Both the position numbers and the translations under genes were made by a program. Under the pieces are notes generated by a model. It worked only from the letters and a program-made list of their open reading frames with translations. It did not search any database and was not told where the DNA came from. Below, piece by piece: positions 24,987 to 35,475 of a stretch of 64,000 bases of DNA. Numbering within the stretch: position 1 is the stretch's first letter; each line of letters starts with the position of its first letter. This stretch comes from an uncultured Enterobacteriaceae bacterium (lineage in GTDB: Bacteria; Myxococcota_A; UBA9042): the NCBI GenBank assembly GCA_964586155.1, contig CAZPHC010000004.1, positions 130,527-194,526 of the forward strand, written 5' to 3'.

Positions 24987-26284
24987 GGCGTTGCGTCCTT
25001 CGGTGGGACGATCTCCAGCGTGGTCGTGCCTTGATCGGTCGAGGCCGCAGGGGGCGGCGCCGGGTTGCGCGGCGTTCCGTCCGGATCGCAGCCCATGCGC
25101 GCGAGGATCCAGTCGCCGGGCACGGCGAGGTCCAGGCCGACGCGGCCGCCCTTCGGGTCGAGGATCCGGGCTTGGTCGAGCAGGGCGTCGAGTTCGCTGC
25201 GGCCCTCGGATCGCGCGAACTGGCGCAGCATCGCCACGCCGCCGCGCAGCGCCGCGCCGATCTCCTCGGCGTCCTTGCCCGAGTCGGTGTCGATGTCGAA
25301 GCTCATCGCCGCTCGGTCGTCGACGTCGACGCGCATGCCGACCTTGCGCACCAGGCGACGGATCACCTCCAGCTGTGGCGTCTCGCTGCCCGGCGGTGGT
25401 TGGGTCCCGGGATCTCCCCCGGCACCGAGCATCTCGGCCAGGTCGTCGCCCAGCATCTGGCCCTCGATGTCGGCCTTGGCCACGCGGCTCGTCTCGGCCG
25501 GCGCGCGACCCTCGAAGCGATCGACGGCCTGCTGCAGCTCGAGCTTGGAGTCCGCCATCAGGACGCTGTGATCGCCGAGGACGGCGACGTGGTTGCGGCC
25601 ACCGTCGTCGTCGCCGAGTTCGTAGATCCGGGCCCCGTCGCCGTAGGCCACGCCCGTCCCGGCGGACGCGGGCAGCTTGAACGCCCCGAGGCGACCACCG
25701 AACGCCAGCACGTTGGTCCCGGTGCCGATGGTCTCGAGGTCGCGGTCGACGGCGATGCCGAATTCGTCGCGCATCCGCGCCAACGCAGCGTCGACGCGTT
25801 CGCCCCGGCACTTCATCATCTTGCGGGCCAGCGGGCTGCGGCCGATCGTCGCGAAGTCGATCAGCAGGTGGCCGTGCCCCGGCGCTGCCAGCGCCCGGCG
25901 CATCGCCTCGCGGCCGCTGCGGGTGCCGTCCGCGAGAGGCGGCAGCGCGCCGGGCAGCCGCAGCCGGGCCTGATCGTCGGGCGCGTCGGCGGCCTGCTCG
26001 GACTCCGGCCGCACCACGGGGGGCGCCTGGTCCGCGGCCGACTCGGCGGCGCTGCTCTCACGATCGCGGGGGTAGGCGATGTGCAGGTCGGGATCGCTGC
26101 GGTCCAGCAGGCCGACGACGATCGCCAGCGTCAGCAGCATCAAGGCGACGAGCGCGAAGGCCCAGACGCGGCTGCCACGTCGGCCACGGCCCGCGTTGGC
26201 GCGCGCCGCCGGTGGTTCCCGCTGGGGCGACGACCCGTCTGTCGTGCGCGATCCGCCCGTCGGATCGCGGCCCATGCTGCCCAT
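24983..26284 (-). CDS. Membrane-anchored hypothetical protein (single N-terminal TM, ~380-aa extracytoplasmic domain), coupled to the kinase
   Basis: GC3-biased. TM is VWAFALVALMLLTLAIVVGLL. No recognised domain. Stop overlaps the kinase start. Confidence 0.6.
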   Translation of the reverse strand: MGSMGRDPTGGSRTTDGSSPQREPPAARANAGRGRRGSRVWAFALVALMLLTLAIVVGLLDRSDPDLHIAYPRDRESSAAESAADQAPPVVRPESEQAADAPDDQARLRLPGALPPLADGTRSGREAMRRALAAPGHGHLLIDFATIGRSPLARKMMKCRGERVDAALARMRDEFGIAVDRDLETIGTGTNVLAFGGRLGAFKLPASAGTGVAYGDGARIYELGDDDGGRNHVAVLGDHSVLMADSKLELQQAVDRFEGRAPAETSRVAKADIEGQMLGDDLAEMLGAGGDPGTQPPPGSETPQLEVIRRLVRKVGMRVDVDDRAAMSFDIDTDSGKDAEEIGAALRGGVAMLRQFARSEGRSELDALLDQARILDPKGGRVGLDLAVPGDWILARMGCDPDGTPRNPAPPPAASTDQGTTTLEIVPPKDATP

Positions 26285-26377
26285 GCCGTCCCCCCAGCCG
26301 ACCCGCCCGTTCGATCGCGGGCGACCTGGCTGTCTCGTCCCGCGCGCGTCGAGCGGCGCGCGCCAGCTGCCAACGAC

Positions 26378-27283
26378 TCACCAATCCCGACGTTGCACCA
26401 CCCAAGCCGCCGCGGCTAGAGCCGAGGCTGCAAAGAGCAGCGTCGTGCCCAACGCGATCCCCGACGCCGCCCAGTCCACCTCTGCGCTGCTCGCCAACCT
26501 TGCACCGAGGTCGGCCACACCACGCAGGCGCGGCAGCGGCGCCATCAGCACCGCGGCGACGTCGCGGACCCAGCCGCGTTCGAAGAACTGCAGCACGTCC
26601 TCGCGCTCGGAGGTCGCCACCGAGACGATGTAGAGCAGCAGCCCGGTTCCCGCAGCCAGCGCCGACGACCGGGCGATCGTGGTCGCCAGCAACATGCCCG
26701 CGTAGATCGCCCCGAACGCGACCGACGCCGCGATCGCGCCGGCGAGGGGCGCGACGGTCGCGATGCCGGCCTTCCATGCCAGCACCGCCGAGAAGCCGCC
26801 GACGGCGAAGGCCGTGCACGCCAGGGCGACGAGGCCGACCCCGACGTAGGTGCCGAGCACCAGGTCCAGCCGCCGCACCGGCAGCGAGAGCAGCAGCTCG
26901 ATCCGCCCCGGCGACAGCGCGTGGACGGCGATGTCCGCGGTCGCGACGACACCGAACAGGATGCCGAGGTGGAACACCGTCAGCCCCAGGGCGCGGAAGA
27001 TCGGCCGCATCGCCTCGCCGGCGTCCGTGCCCGCAGCGCCGAGGCCGAGGACGTCACCAAAGAGCCGCGACGAGACGATGACGCCCTCGACCACGTCGAT
27101 GTCGAGCGCCAGGGCCAGCGCGACCTGCGCCACGGCCAGCAGGGCCACGATCCCGGCGATGGTCTTGCGCGCGAACGCCTCGCGCACGACGTCCGCCGCG
27201 ATGTGGCCGACGTTGCGCCACAAGCTGTTGGGCGCGACGGCCGGCGGTCGCGGCTCTGGCGCGTGGCTCGGCGTCTGGCTCAT
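26378..27283 (-). CDS. ABC-2-type transporter permease
   Basis: Start at M187 of the ORF (MSQTPSHAPEP...), overlapping the ATPase stop (ATGA). Six predicted TMs with an ABC-2/GldF-like architecture. Confidence 0.7.
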   Translation of the reverse strand: MSQTPSHAPEPRPPAVAPNSLWRNVGHIAADVVREAFARKTIAGIVALLAVAQVALALALDIDVVEGVIVSSRLFGDVLGLGAAGTDAGEAMRPIFRALGLTVFHLGILFGVVATADIAVHALSPGRIELLLSLPVRRLDLVLGTYVGVGLVALACTAFAVGGFSAVLAWKAGIATVAPLAGAIAASVAFGAIYAGMLLATTIARSSALAAGTGLLLYIVSVATSEREDVLQFFERGWVRDVAAVLMAPLPRLRGVADLGARLASSAEVDWAASGIALGTTLLFAASALAAAAWVVQRRDW

Positions 27284-28254
27284 GCGTCGCGCTCCACGAC
27301 GCTCGCCATGATCTCCTCGAGCGTCCGGTTCGGGCGGCTGATCTCGGCGATCGCGATGTCGGCGTCCAGGATCCGCCGCAGCATCGGCGCCAGCTGGCCG
27401 GGCAGGGCGCTGGCGTCTGCGCCCTGGACCACGAAACCGAGCAAGCCCGGCTGGTCGAGCGCCGGATCGCGCACCAAGCCGGCGTCCGTGGCGACCGCGG
27501 CGACCTGCGCCGGCTCGGCGCCCGCGACCAGGCGGACCAGGGTCCGGTGCTGCGTCCGCAGCTCGGCGAGGTCGCCCTCGAGCACCACGCGGCCACGGGC
27601 GACGATCGCGACCCGGTCGCAGATCAGCTCCGACTCGGCGAGCAGATGGCTGTTGAGGAAGATCGTCGTGCCCTGCGCGGCGACTTCGCGGATCACGTCG
27701 CGGATCGCGGCGCGCCCGAGCGGATCGATGCCGTCGGTCGGCTCGTCGAGCACCAGCAGCTCTGGCGCGCCGAGCAGCGCCGACGCCAGGCCGGCGCGTT
27801 GGCGCATCCCCTTGGACCAGCCGCCCGCGCTCCGTCGCCACGCCGCCCGCTCGAGGCCGACACGCTGCAGCGTCGCCTCGATGTGCTGGTCGAGCGCCTC
27901 GCCGCGCAGCGCCTCGCGCGTCAGGCCACGCAGGCGCGCGACGCTGCGCAACAGGCCGAAGGCATCGAGATGCCGCGGGATCTGCAGGTTCTCGGGCAGG
28001 TAGCCGATCCGCGCCCGGACCGCGACCTCGTCCGGCGAGCCGCCCAGCACCGTGACCTCACCGTCGTCGGGCCGCGCGATGCCCAGCAAGGTCTTGATGA
28101 ACGTCGTCTTGCCCGCGCCGTTCGGGCCTACCAGGCCAAAAACGGCACCGTAGGGGACGACGACGGACAAGCCGTCCAGGGCGGCCACCGCGCCAAAGCG
28201 TTTGCGCAGCTCGCGCGCGTCGATGGCGGCGCCACGCGCCACGCTGGCGCTCAC
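27280..28254 (-). CDS. ABC transporter ATP-binding protein
   Basis: Walker A GPNGAGKTT, signature SGGWSKGMRQR and Walker B LLVLDEPT are present. The GTG start at 28254 overlaps the stop of the upstream metallophosphoesterase gene (GTGA). Confidence 0.85.
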   Translation of the reverse strand: MSASVARGAAIDARELRKRFGAVAALDGLSVVVPYGAVFGLVGPNGAGKTTFIKTLLGIARPDDGEVTVLGGSPDEVAVRARIGYLPENLQIPRHLDAFGLLRSVARLRGLTREALRGEALDQHIEATLQRVGLERAAWRRSAGGWSKGMRQRAGLASALLGAPELLVLDEPTDGIDPLGRAAIRDVIREVAAQGTTIFLNSHLLAESELICDRVAIVARGRVVLEGDLAELRTQHRTLVRLVAGAEPAQVAAVATDAGLVRDPALDQPGLLGFVVQGADASALPGQLAPMLRRILDADIAIAEISRPNRTLEEIMASVVERDA

Positions 28255-29462
28255 GCCGCGGCTGCCGGCTGCGCCGCGCGGCGACGCAACACCAACGAGG
28301 TGATCTCGTGCTGCGCAGCGAGGCGCATCGGCGGCCCCCACGAGCCCGTGCCGCGGCTGACGTAGATCCAGCTGCGGCCGCGGTGGCGGTGCAGGCCGGC
28401 GACGTAGGGCTGGACCAGCGCCACCAGGTAGCCGAAGGGCCAGATCTGTCCGCCGTGGGTGTGCCCGCTCAGGACGAGGTCGATGCCAAAGGCTGCGGCC
28501 TCGTCGATCTGCTTGGGTTGATGCGCCAACAACAGCGACGGCACCGTGGGATCGCGGTCCCTGGCGGCGCGCGGCAGATCCGGGCCGTGATCGCCGCCGA
28601 ACCGGCCTGCGGTCCAGTCGTCGACGCCGAGAACGTCGAGCCTGGCGCCGTCGTGGTCGAGCTGCAGACGCTCGTTGCGCAGCGGGCGGATACCCAGACC
28701 GCGGAAGTGGGCAAGCCACTCGTCCGCGCCCGAGTAGTACTCATGGTTGCCGGTGACCATGAAGCTGCCGTGGCGGCTGTGCAGGGTCGCCAGCGGCGCG
28801 ACGTCGTGCGCCAGGTTGGCGACCGAGCCGTCGAGCAGGTCGCCGGTCAAGGCCACGAGATCGGCCTGTTCGGCGTTGGCCAGCGCCACGACCTGCTCGA
28901 CGTAGTCGCGCTGGATCAACGCCGAGACGTGCAGGTCCGAGATCTGGACGATGCGGAAGCCGTCGAGCGCCGCAGGAAGATCGTCGATCGGCACCTCGAC
29001 GCGCACCACGGCCGGCGCCGCCGCCGCGCTGCGCAGCGCGGCCGCGCCCGCGACCACGGCGCTCAGGCTCGCCCCGCCGCCCAGGACGCGGGCCATCATC
29101 ATCCGTCGCTCGGGATCGAAGGCGTCGGCCTCGCCTCCGGCGCCAAAACGCGCCCACAGCCCATGGGCCAGCCGCAGCAGCTCCGAGCCGCCGAGCGCGA
29201 GCATGGTGACGAAGACCAGCCCCATCCACACGAACGCACCCTGGCCGAGCGCACGCGCCAGCGCGCCGCCAAAAAGCCGCGTGCTGGCGACGCCCGTCAT
29301 CGTCAACACCGCCAGCGCCGCGATCGCCACCGTCAGCAGCGTCGACCAGGGCGCAGGGATCATTGGATCGCGGACGAGGCGGACCCAAAGCCAGCGGTGG
29401 GCGAGGCCGACGACCGCCGAGCCGACGAGCATGAACAGCGCGACCGACAGCCACCGACCCAT
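28251..29462 (-). CDS. Membrane-anchored metallophosphoesterase (calcineurin-like)
   Basis: Several N-terminal TMs, then QISDLHV, GDLLD, GNHEYY and GHTHGGQ motifs. GAGGGGG lies 4 nt upstream of the ATG. Confidence 0.8.
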   Translation of the reverse strand: MGRWLSVALFMLVGSAVVGLAHRWLWVRLVRDPMIPAPWSTLLTVAIAALAVLTMTGVASTRLFGGALARALGQGAFVWMGLVFVTMLALGGSELLRLAHGLWARFGAGGEADAFDPERRMMMARVLGGGASLSAVVAGAAALRSAAAAPAVVRVEVPIDDLPAALDGFRIVQISDLHVSALIQRDYVEQVVALANAEQADLVALTGDLLDGSVANLAHDVAPLATLHSRHGSFMVTGNHEYYSGADEWLAHFRGLGIRPLRNERLQLDHDGARLDVLGVDDWTAGRFGGDHGPDLPRAARDRDPTVPSLLLAHQPKQIDEAAAFGIDLVLSGHTHGGQIWPFGYLVALVQPYVAGLHRHRGRSWIYVSRGTGSWGPPMRLAAQHEITSLVLRRRAAQPAAAA

Positions 29463-29582
29463 GACGCCCCCTCATGCGGCCACGGCCGCGGTCGGAGCAC
29501 AACCCCGAGCAGCCACGCGCGATTCCCGGTGGATCCGGTCCGTCCACCTCCGCGCGGACGGGCCGCACCACGCGGGCTCGAC

Positions 29583-30008
29583 TCAGATGCGGCCGAGCCG
29601 GGTCATCGTCATCAGGCCGTAGATGGCGACCACCAGGGCCAGCTGCAGCCCGGTGCCGAGCAGGACCTCGCGGCGATGGCCCTGGCCGGCCTGGTCCCCA
29701 CGAACGAACGCCGTGACCTTGCGCTTGCCGAGCACCTCGATCGGTCCCCACAGCAGCAGGCCCGCCCAGAGGCCGGGGCGCAGCAGGCCGTAGCCCGCCT
29801 GCGCGTTCATCACCAGCAGCAGCGCGATGCCGAGCACCACGTTGATCCGGCCGACGTTGAGCAGGCCGATCCGGTGCACGCGGTCGAGGATGGCGGCGAG
29901 GTTGGGCTTGTCGCCGGCGCCGAGCAGGCCGAGCACGAAGCCGACCAGCGAGAGCGCGAAGATCAGGTAGCCGAGGCCCTGGTGGGCGTGTTGCAGGGGC
30001 GCGAGCAT
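29583..30008 (-). CDS. Small integral membrane protein, hypothetical (141 aa)
   Basis: Start at M28 with GGAG 7 nt upstream. Four predicted TMs. GC3-biased. Confidence 0.5.
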   Translation of the reverse strand: MLAPLQHAHQGLGYLIFALSLVGFVLGLLGAGDKPNLAAILDRVHRIGLLNVGRINVVLGIALLLVMNAQAGYGLLRPGLWAGLLLWGPIEVLGKRKVTAFVRGDQAGQGHRREVLLGTGLQLALVVAIYGLMTMTRLGRI

Positions 30009-30154
30009 GGTGGACTCCAGCGCGGCGTCGGGCCGCAGGGCGCGGACCATAGCCTCGCGGCGGCGCGGACGAAAGCCCGCGTCGCGCAAGCGGCCGGATG
30101 GCCGGCTGTCGCCTCGCGCTTGCCGCTCGCCGCGCCATCTGCCACAACCCGGCC

Positions 30155-30919
30155 ATGACCGACCGGCAGGCCAACAGCAAGGCGGGGTCGCGCGCCGACT
30201 TCGACGTCTACGTCGCGCGTCCGGTCGCCTGTCCGTACCTGCCCGATCGCGAGGAAGGCAAGCTCCTGGTGCCGCTCGACGGCGACGACCCGGCAGCCCG
30301 CTACGACATGCTGATCGCCAACGGGTTCCGCCGCAGCCATCGCTGGGCCTATCGACCTCGCTGCGTGGGCTGCACCGCCTGCGTGCCGGTCCGAATCGAC
30401 GCCAGCGCGTTCACGCCGAGCCGGACGCAGCGGCGGGTCGCCAAGCGCTCTGCCGCCCTGACGCTGACGTGCGAGCCCGCGCGCAGCGACGCCGAGGTCG
30501 AGTCGCTGTTGATCCGCTACGTCCAGGCTCGCCACGGCGACGGCTCGATGGCCGCCATGGGCCCCGAGGAGGTCGCGGCCATGATCGAGGAGACCACGGT
30601 CCGCACCGAGCTCTGGCGCCTGCGCGACAGCGACGGCGTGCTCGTCGCCTGGATGCTCGTGGACGCGGTTCAGGACGGGCTTTCGCTCGTGTATTCGGCA
30701 TTTGCGCCCGAGCGTGCCCGCGACAGCGTCGGCGTGGTCTGGGTGCTGCGCGCCGTCGACGAGGCGCGACGCCGGGGGCGACCGCACGTCTACCTCGGCT
30801 ACTGGGTGCAGGGCTGCCGCAAGATGGAGTACAAGGCCGGATTCTCGGCCCTGCAGGCGTTCGGCGCGTCTGGCTGGCGGCCGCTGGCTGCGGTGCCCGA
30901 GGCCAAGGAGCCCCATTGA
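30155..30919 (+). CDS. bpt: Arginyl-tRNA--protein transferase-like / bacterial leucyltransferase Bpt (ATE_N + ATE_C)
   Basis: CPYLPDRE...GFRRSHRWAYRPRCVGCTACVPVRI matches the ATE/Bpt Cys cluster. Start at M20. Confidence 0.8.
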   Translation: MTDRQANSKAGSRADFDVYVARPVACPYLPDREEGKLLVPLDGDDPAARYDMLIANGFRRSHRWAYRPRCVGCTACVPVRIDASAFTPSRTQRRVAKRSAALTLTCEPARSDAEVESLLIRYVQARHGDGSMAAMGPEEVAAMIEETTVRTELWRLRDSDGVLVAWMLVDAVQDGLSLVYSAFAPERARDSVGVVWVLRAVDEARRRGRPHVYLGYWVQGCRKMEYKAGFSALQAFGASGWRPLAAVPEAKEPH

Positions 30920-32130
30920 GTCCAGAGCCGCTGCTCGAGTCGACCCATGCGCCCGAAGTCGCCGCCAGGCAGACGCTCGCGGCGCTGATCGCGACCTACG
31001 GCGCCGGCGACGCCGCTTGGGATCGCGACTTCTGCCGGCGACTCGCCGCAGAGCTGCACGCGGTCTCGGACCGGCTCGTGTTCGAACCGCTCGAGCGCCT
31101 GGGCCTGGTCGACGTCGCCATCACGCTCCGCCTCGAACGTGACGTCGACGTCGTCGTCACCGGCCGCGTGCCCGACGTTCCCGGCGAGCTGACGCTGCGC
31201 TGGTCGAGCGCGGACCTCGACGAGATCATCGTCCGACTCGCGCCGTCGTCGCTGCCCGATCCCGCGCTGCTGTGCACGCTCGACGGCAGCTGGCGGGGCC
31301 GCAGTGGCCGGATCGTCGCCGCTGTCCACGGCACGCAGCTGGCGCCGGGCCAGGCCGTGCGGGCGCGCGCCCTCGCCACGATCGGCGACCGCACCGAGGT
31401 CCGCGTCGAGGCTGGCGGGCGCGGCTGGAGCGTGCCACCGGCAAGCGTCCGCTGGGACGACGAGCCGACCGCGCGTGCCAGCGCGGCGCTCGCGCTGCTG
31501 GCGCGCCATGTGCCCCTCGACGCCCAGGAACGCGGCCACGCCGACGCGATCGCGGCCCTGCTGCGGCGGGGCGAGGCCGGCGAGCTCGACCCCTTCGCCC
31601 GCACCACGTTCGCGCCGGGCCACATCACGGCCAGCGCCTTCTTGCTCTCGGCCGATCTGCGCTCGGTGCTGCTGGTCTGGCATACGACGCTGCGGCGCTG
31701 GTTGCAGCCCGGCGGTCACGTCGAGCCCGGCGATCCCGACGTGGTCGCGGCGGCGCTGCGCGAGGTCGAGGAAGAGACGGCCCTGCGCGGCTGCACGCCG
31801 CTCGGCGACGGCCTGTTCGACGTCGACGTCCACGCGATCCCGCCGCGCACCGGCAAGCGGGTCGAACCCGGCCACGAGCACTTCGACCTGCGCATCGCGT
31901 TGGTCGTGCCCGAGGACGCGACCGCCGTCGCTGGCGACGGCGTCTCGGAGGTCCGCTGGATCGCCCTCGACGCCTTCGACGCTCTGGTGGCCAGCGGTGA
32001 ACTCGAGACCGACGCGTCCGTCCTGCGCGCCGTCGAGCGATTGCGTCGCCATGTCGGCGCCGGGCACAGGCCTGGCGCCGACGACCGCCCCGGCGCGACG
32101 CCCACCACGACCACGAGGCCCCGACCATGA
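30916..32130 (+). CDS. Nudix hydrolase with ~200-aa N-terminal domain of unknown function
   Basis: TTG start with AAGGAG 5 nt upstream, overlapping the bpt stop (TTGA). Nudix box [25 protein letters not shown] is present. Confidence 0.7.
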   Translation: MSPEPLLESTHAPEVAARQTLAALIATYGAGDAAWDRDFCRRLAAELHAVSDRLVFEPLERLGLVDVAITLRLERDVDVVVTGRVPDVPGELTLRWSSADLDEIIVRLAPSSLPDPALLCTLDGSWRGRSGRIVAAVHGTQLAPGQAVRARALATIGDRTEVRVEAGGRGWSVPPASVRWDDEPTARASAALALLARHVPLDAQERGHADAIAALLRRGEAGELDPFARTTFAPGHITASAFLLSADLRSVLLVWHTTLRRWLQPGGHVEPGDPDVVAAALREVEEETALRGCTPLGDGLFDVDVHAIPPRTGKRVEPGHEHFDLRIALVVPEDATAVAGDGVSEVRWIALDAFDALVASGELETDASVLRAVERLRRHVGAGHRPGADDRPGATPTTTTRPRP

Positions 32131-33113
32131 CCGACCACGTCCAGCCCCCCGTCCGCATCGGCACCCGCGGGAGCCCGCTCGCGCTGGCCCAGGCGTACGA
32201 AGTGCGTGATCGCCTCGCTGCAGCGTGGCCCGCGCTGGCCCATGCCGGCGCGATCGAGATCGTCGTGCTCTCGACCCAAGGCGATCGCGTGCTCGATCGA
32301 CCCCTGGCCGAGATCGGCGGCAAGGGCCTGTTCACCGAGGAGATCGAGGCCGGCCTGCTCGATGGCTCGCTCGACATCGCCGTGCACTCGATGAAGGACA
32401 TGCCGACCGCGCTGCCGGACGGGTTGACGATCCCGTGCCTGCTGCCGCGTGAGGATCCGCGCGATGCGCTGCTGCTGCGCGAGGGCCTCGCCCTCGATCC
32501 GGCCGCGTCCGCGCGTGGCGACTGGCTCGCGGCGCTGCCGCGCGGCGCCCGCGTCGGCACCTCAAGCCTGCGGCGTGCGGCGCAGGTCCGGGCGTTGCGT
32601 CCGGATCTGGAGGTCGTCGGCTTTCGCGGCAACGTCCAGACCCGCCTGCGCAAGCTGGCCGAAGGCGTCGCCGACGCGACGCTGCTGGCGCGCGCCGGCC
32701 TGAACCGCCTCGGCCTCGAGCACGGCGTCTCGCTGGCGCCCGAGGCGTCACTGCCGGCGGTGGCCCAGGGTGCCATCGGCATCGAATGCCGCAGCGACGA
32801 CGACGCGATGGCCCGGCTGCTGGCGCCGCTCGCGTGCCGCGACACCATGCGCCGCGTCCACGCCGAGCGCGCCATGCTCGAGGCGCTCGACGGTAGCTGC
32901 CGCACGCCGATCGCCGGCCTCGCCGAGCTGGTGCCGGACGGCCACGGCGGCGTCGGGCTGCGCTTGCGCGGCCTGGTCGCCCGCGACGATGGCAGCCGCG
33001 TCTGGCGCGCCGAGCAGACCTGGTCAGCGGCGACCCTGGCCAGCGATGGTGGGCCCGAGGCCCTGGGCCGCGCCGTGGCGGCAGACTTGCTGCGGCTACG
33101 CGCCGAGGGCTGA
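32127..33113 (+). CDS. hemC: Hydroxymethylbilane synthase (porphobilinogen deaminase)
   Basis: [13 protein letters not shown]...[11 protein letters not shown]...AVHSMKD matches HemC throughout. The ATG overlaps the Nudix stop (ATGA). Confidence 0.9.
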   Translation: MTDHVQPPVRIGTRGSPLALAQAYEVRDRLAAAWPALAHAGAIEIVVLSTQGDRVLDRPLAEIGGKGLFTEEIEAGLLDGSLDIAVHSMKDMPTALPDGLTIPCLLPREDPRDALLLREGLALDPAASARGDWLAALPRGARVGTSSLRRAAQVRALRPDLEVVGFRGNVQTRLRKLAEGVADATLLARAGLNRLGLEHGVSLAPEASLPAVAQGAIGIECRSDDDAMARLLAPLACRDTMRRVHAERAMLEALDGSCRTPIAGLAELVPDGHGGVGLRLRGLVARDDGSRVWRAEQTWSAATLASDGGPEALGRAVAADLLRLRAEG

Positions 33114-33584
33114 GGCGCCGTCGCGCGAGGCGCGCTGCGCGCGTTGGTGCGCACGCAGCTCCTGCGGGCCCAGAAACAGGCCAAACGGCGCCGCATGATC
33201 GCGGTGATGGTGCGCGTGGTGGGCGTTGCGCACCCGCCGCAGGAACGCGCTGCGCGCCAGGAAGGCCACCGGCAGCCGACCGTGGATGAAGCCGTCGTGG
33301 ACGGTGAAGTACGCCGCGCCAAAGGCCGTCATGCCGAAGCCCCAACCCGCGAGCGGCGCTACCTGCCAGCGCAGCCCGGCGTAGACCATCGGCGCGGCGA
33401 TGAGCGCGTGCATCACGGCGAAGATGTCGTTGCGCTCCCACCAGCCGCTGCGCGGCGCATGGTGCGAAGCGTGGCTGCCCCAGAGCGGCCCATGCCACAG
33501 CGCGCGGTGGATCCAACGCGACCAGAACTCCATGCCGACGAAGGCGACCAGCAGGGGCAACCAGAACCAAAGGTCTCGAACCAT
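33096..33584 (-). CDS. crtZ: Beta-carotene hydroxylase (CrtZ)-like fatty-acid-hydroxylase-superfamily protein
   Basis: His boxes HRALWHG, HASHH and HHAHHH, with the spacing and context of CrtZ ([10 protein letters not shown]). Start at M11. The 3' end overlaps hemC by 18 nt, convergent. Confidence 0.75.
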   Translation of the reverse strand: MVRDLWFWLPLLVAFVGMEFWSRWIHRALWHGPLWGSHASHHAPRSGWWERNDIFAVMHALIAAPMVYAGLRWQVAPLAGWGFGMTAFGAAYFTVHDGFIHGRLPVAFLARSAFLRRVRNAHHAHHHRDHAAPFGLFLGPQELRAHQRAQRASRDGASALGA

Positions 33585-33686
33585 CGACGTCCCCGCCTCG
33601 TGGCCTCGCGCCACGGCTTGCGCCGCGTTGGATGCGGCGAGGCCCGGCCGGGTGCGCGCGCGGATGGTCGGAGACGAGGGTCGAGG

Positions 33687-35324
<1,638 letters not shown>

Positions 35325-35475
35325 GTCGAAGGTCTGGATCCTCTCGTCGCGAGGGTGCGCACTGCCTGGAGGCCTTTGGCCCAAAGGTACGGCATCGGAT
35401 CGTCGGGAGCAAATCCCTTCGTCATGGCGCCGTGGGTTTGTCGCCCACCCGCCGATCCGGTCGTCGGGATCTCGC

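Noticed and set aside
24987-25811. 275-codon N-terminal extension of the kinase ORF
   Set aside because: Extremely Arg-rich nonsense that overlaps a GC3-biased real gene in another frame (24983..26284). The ATGA junction marks the true start.
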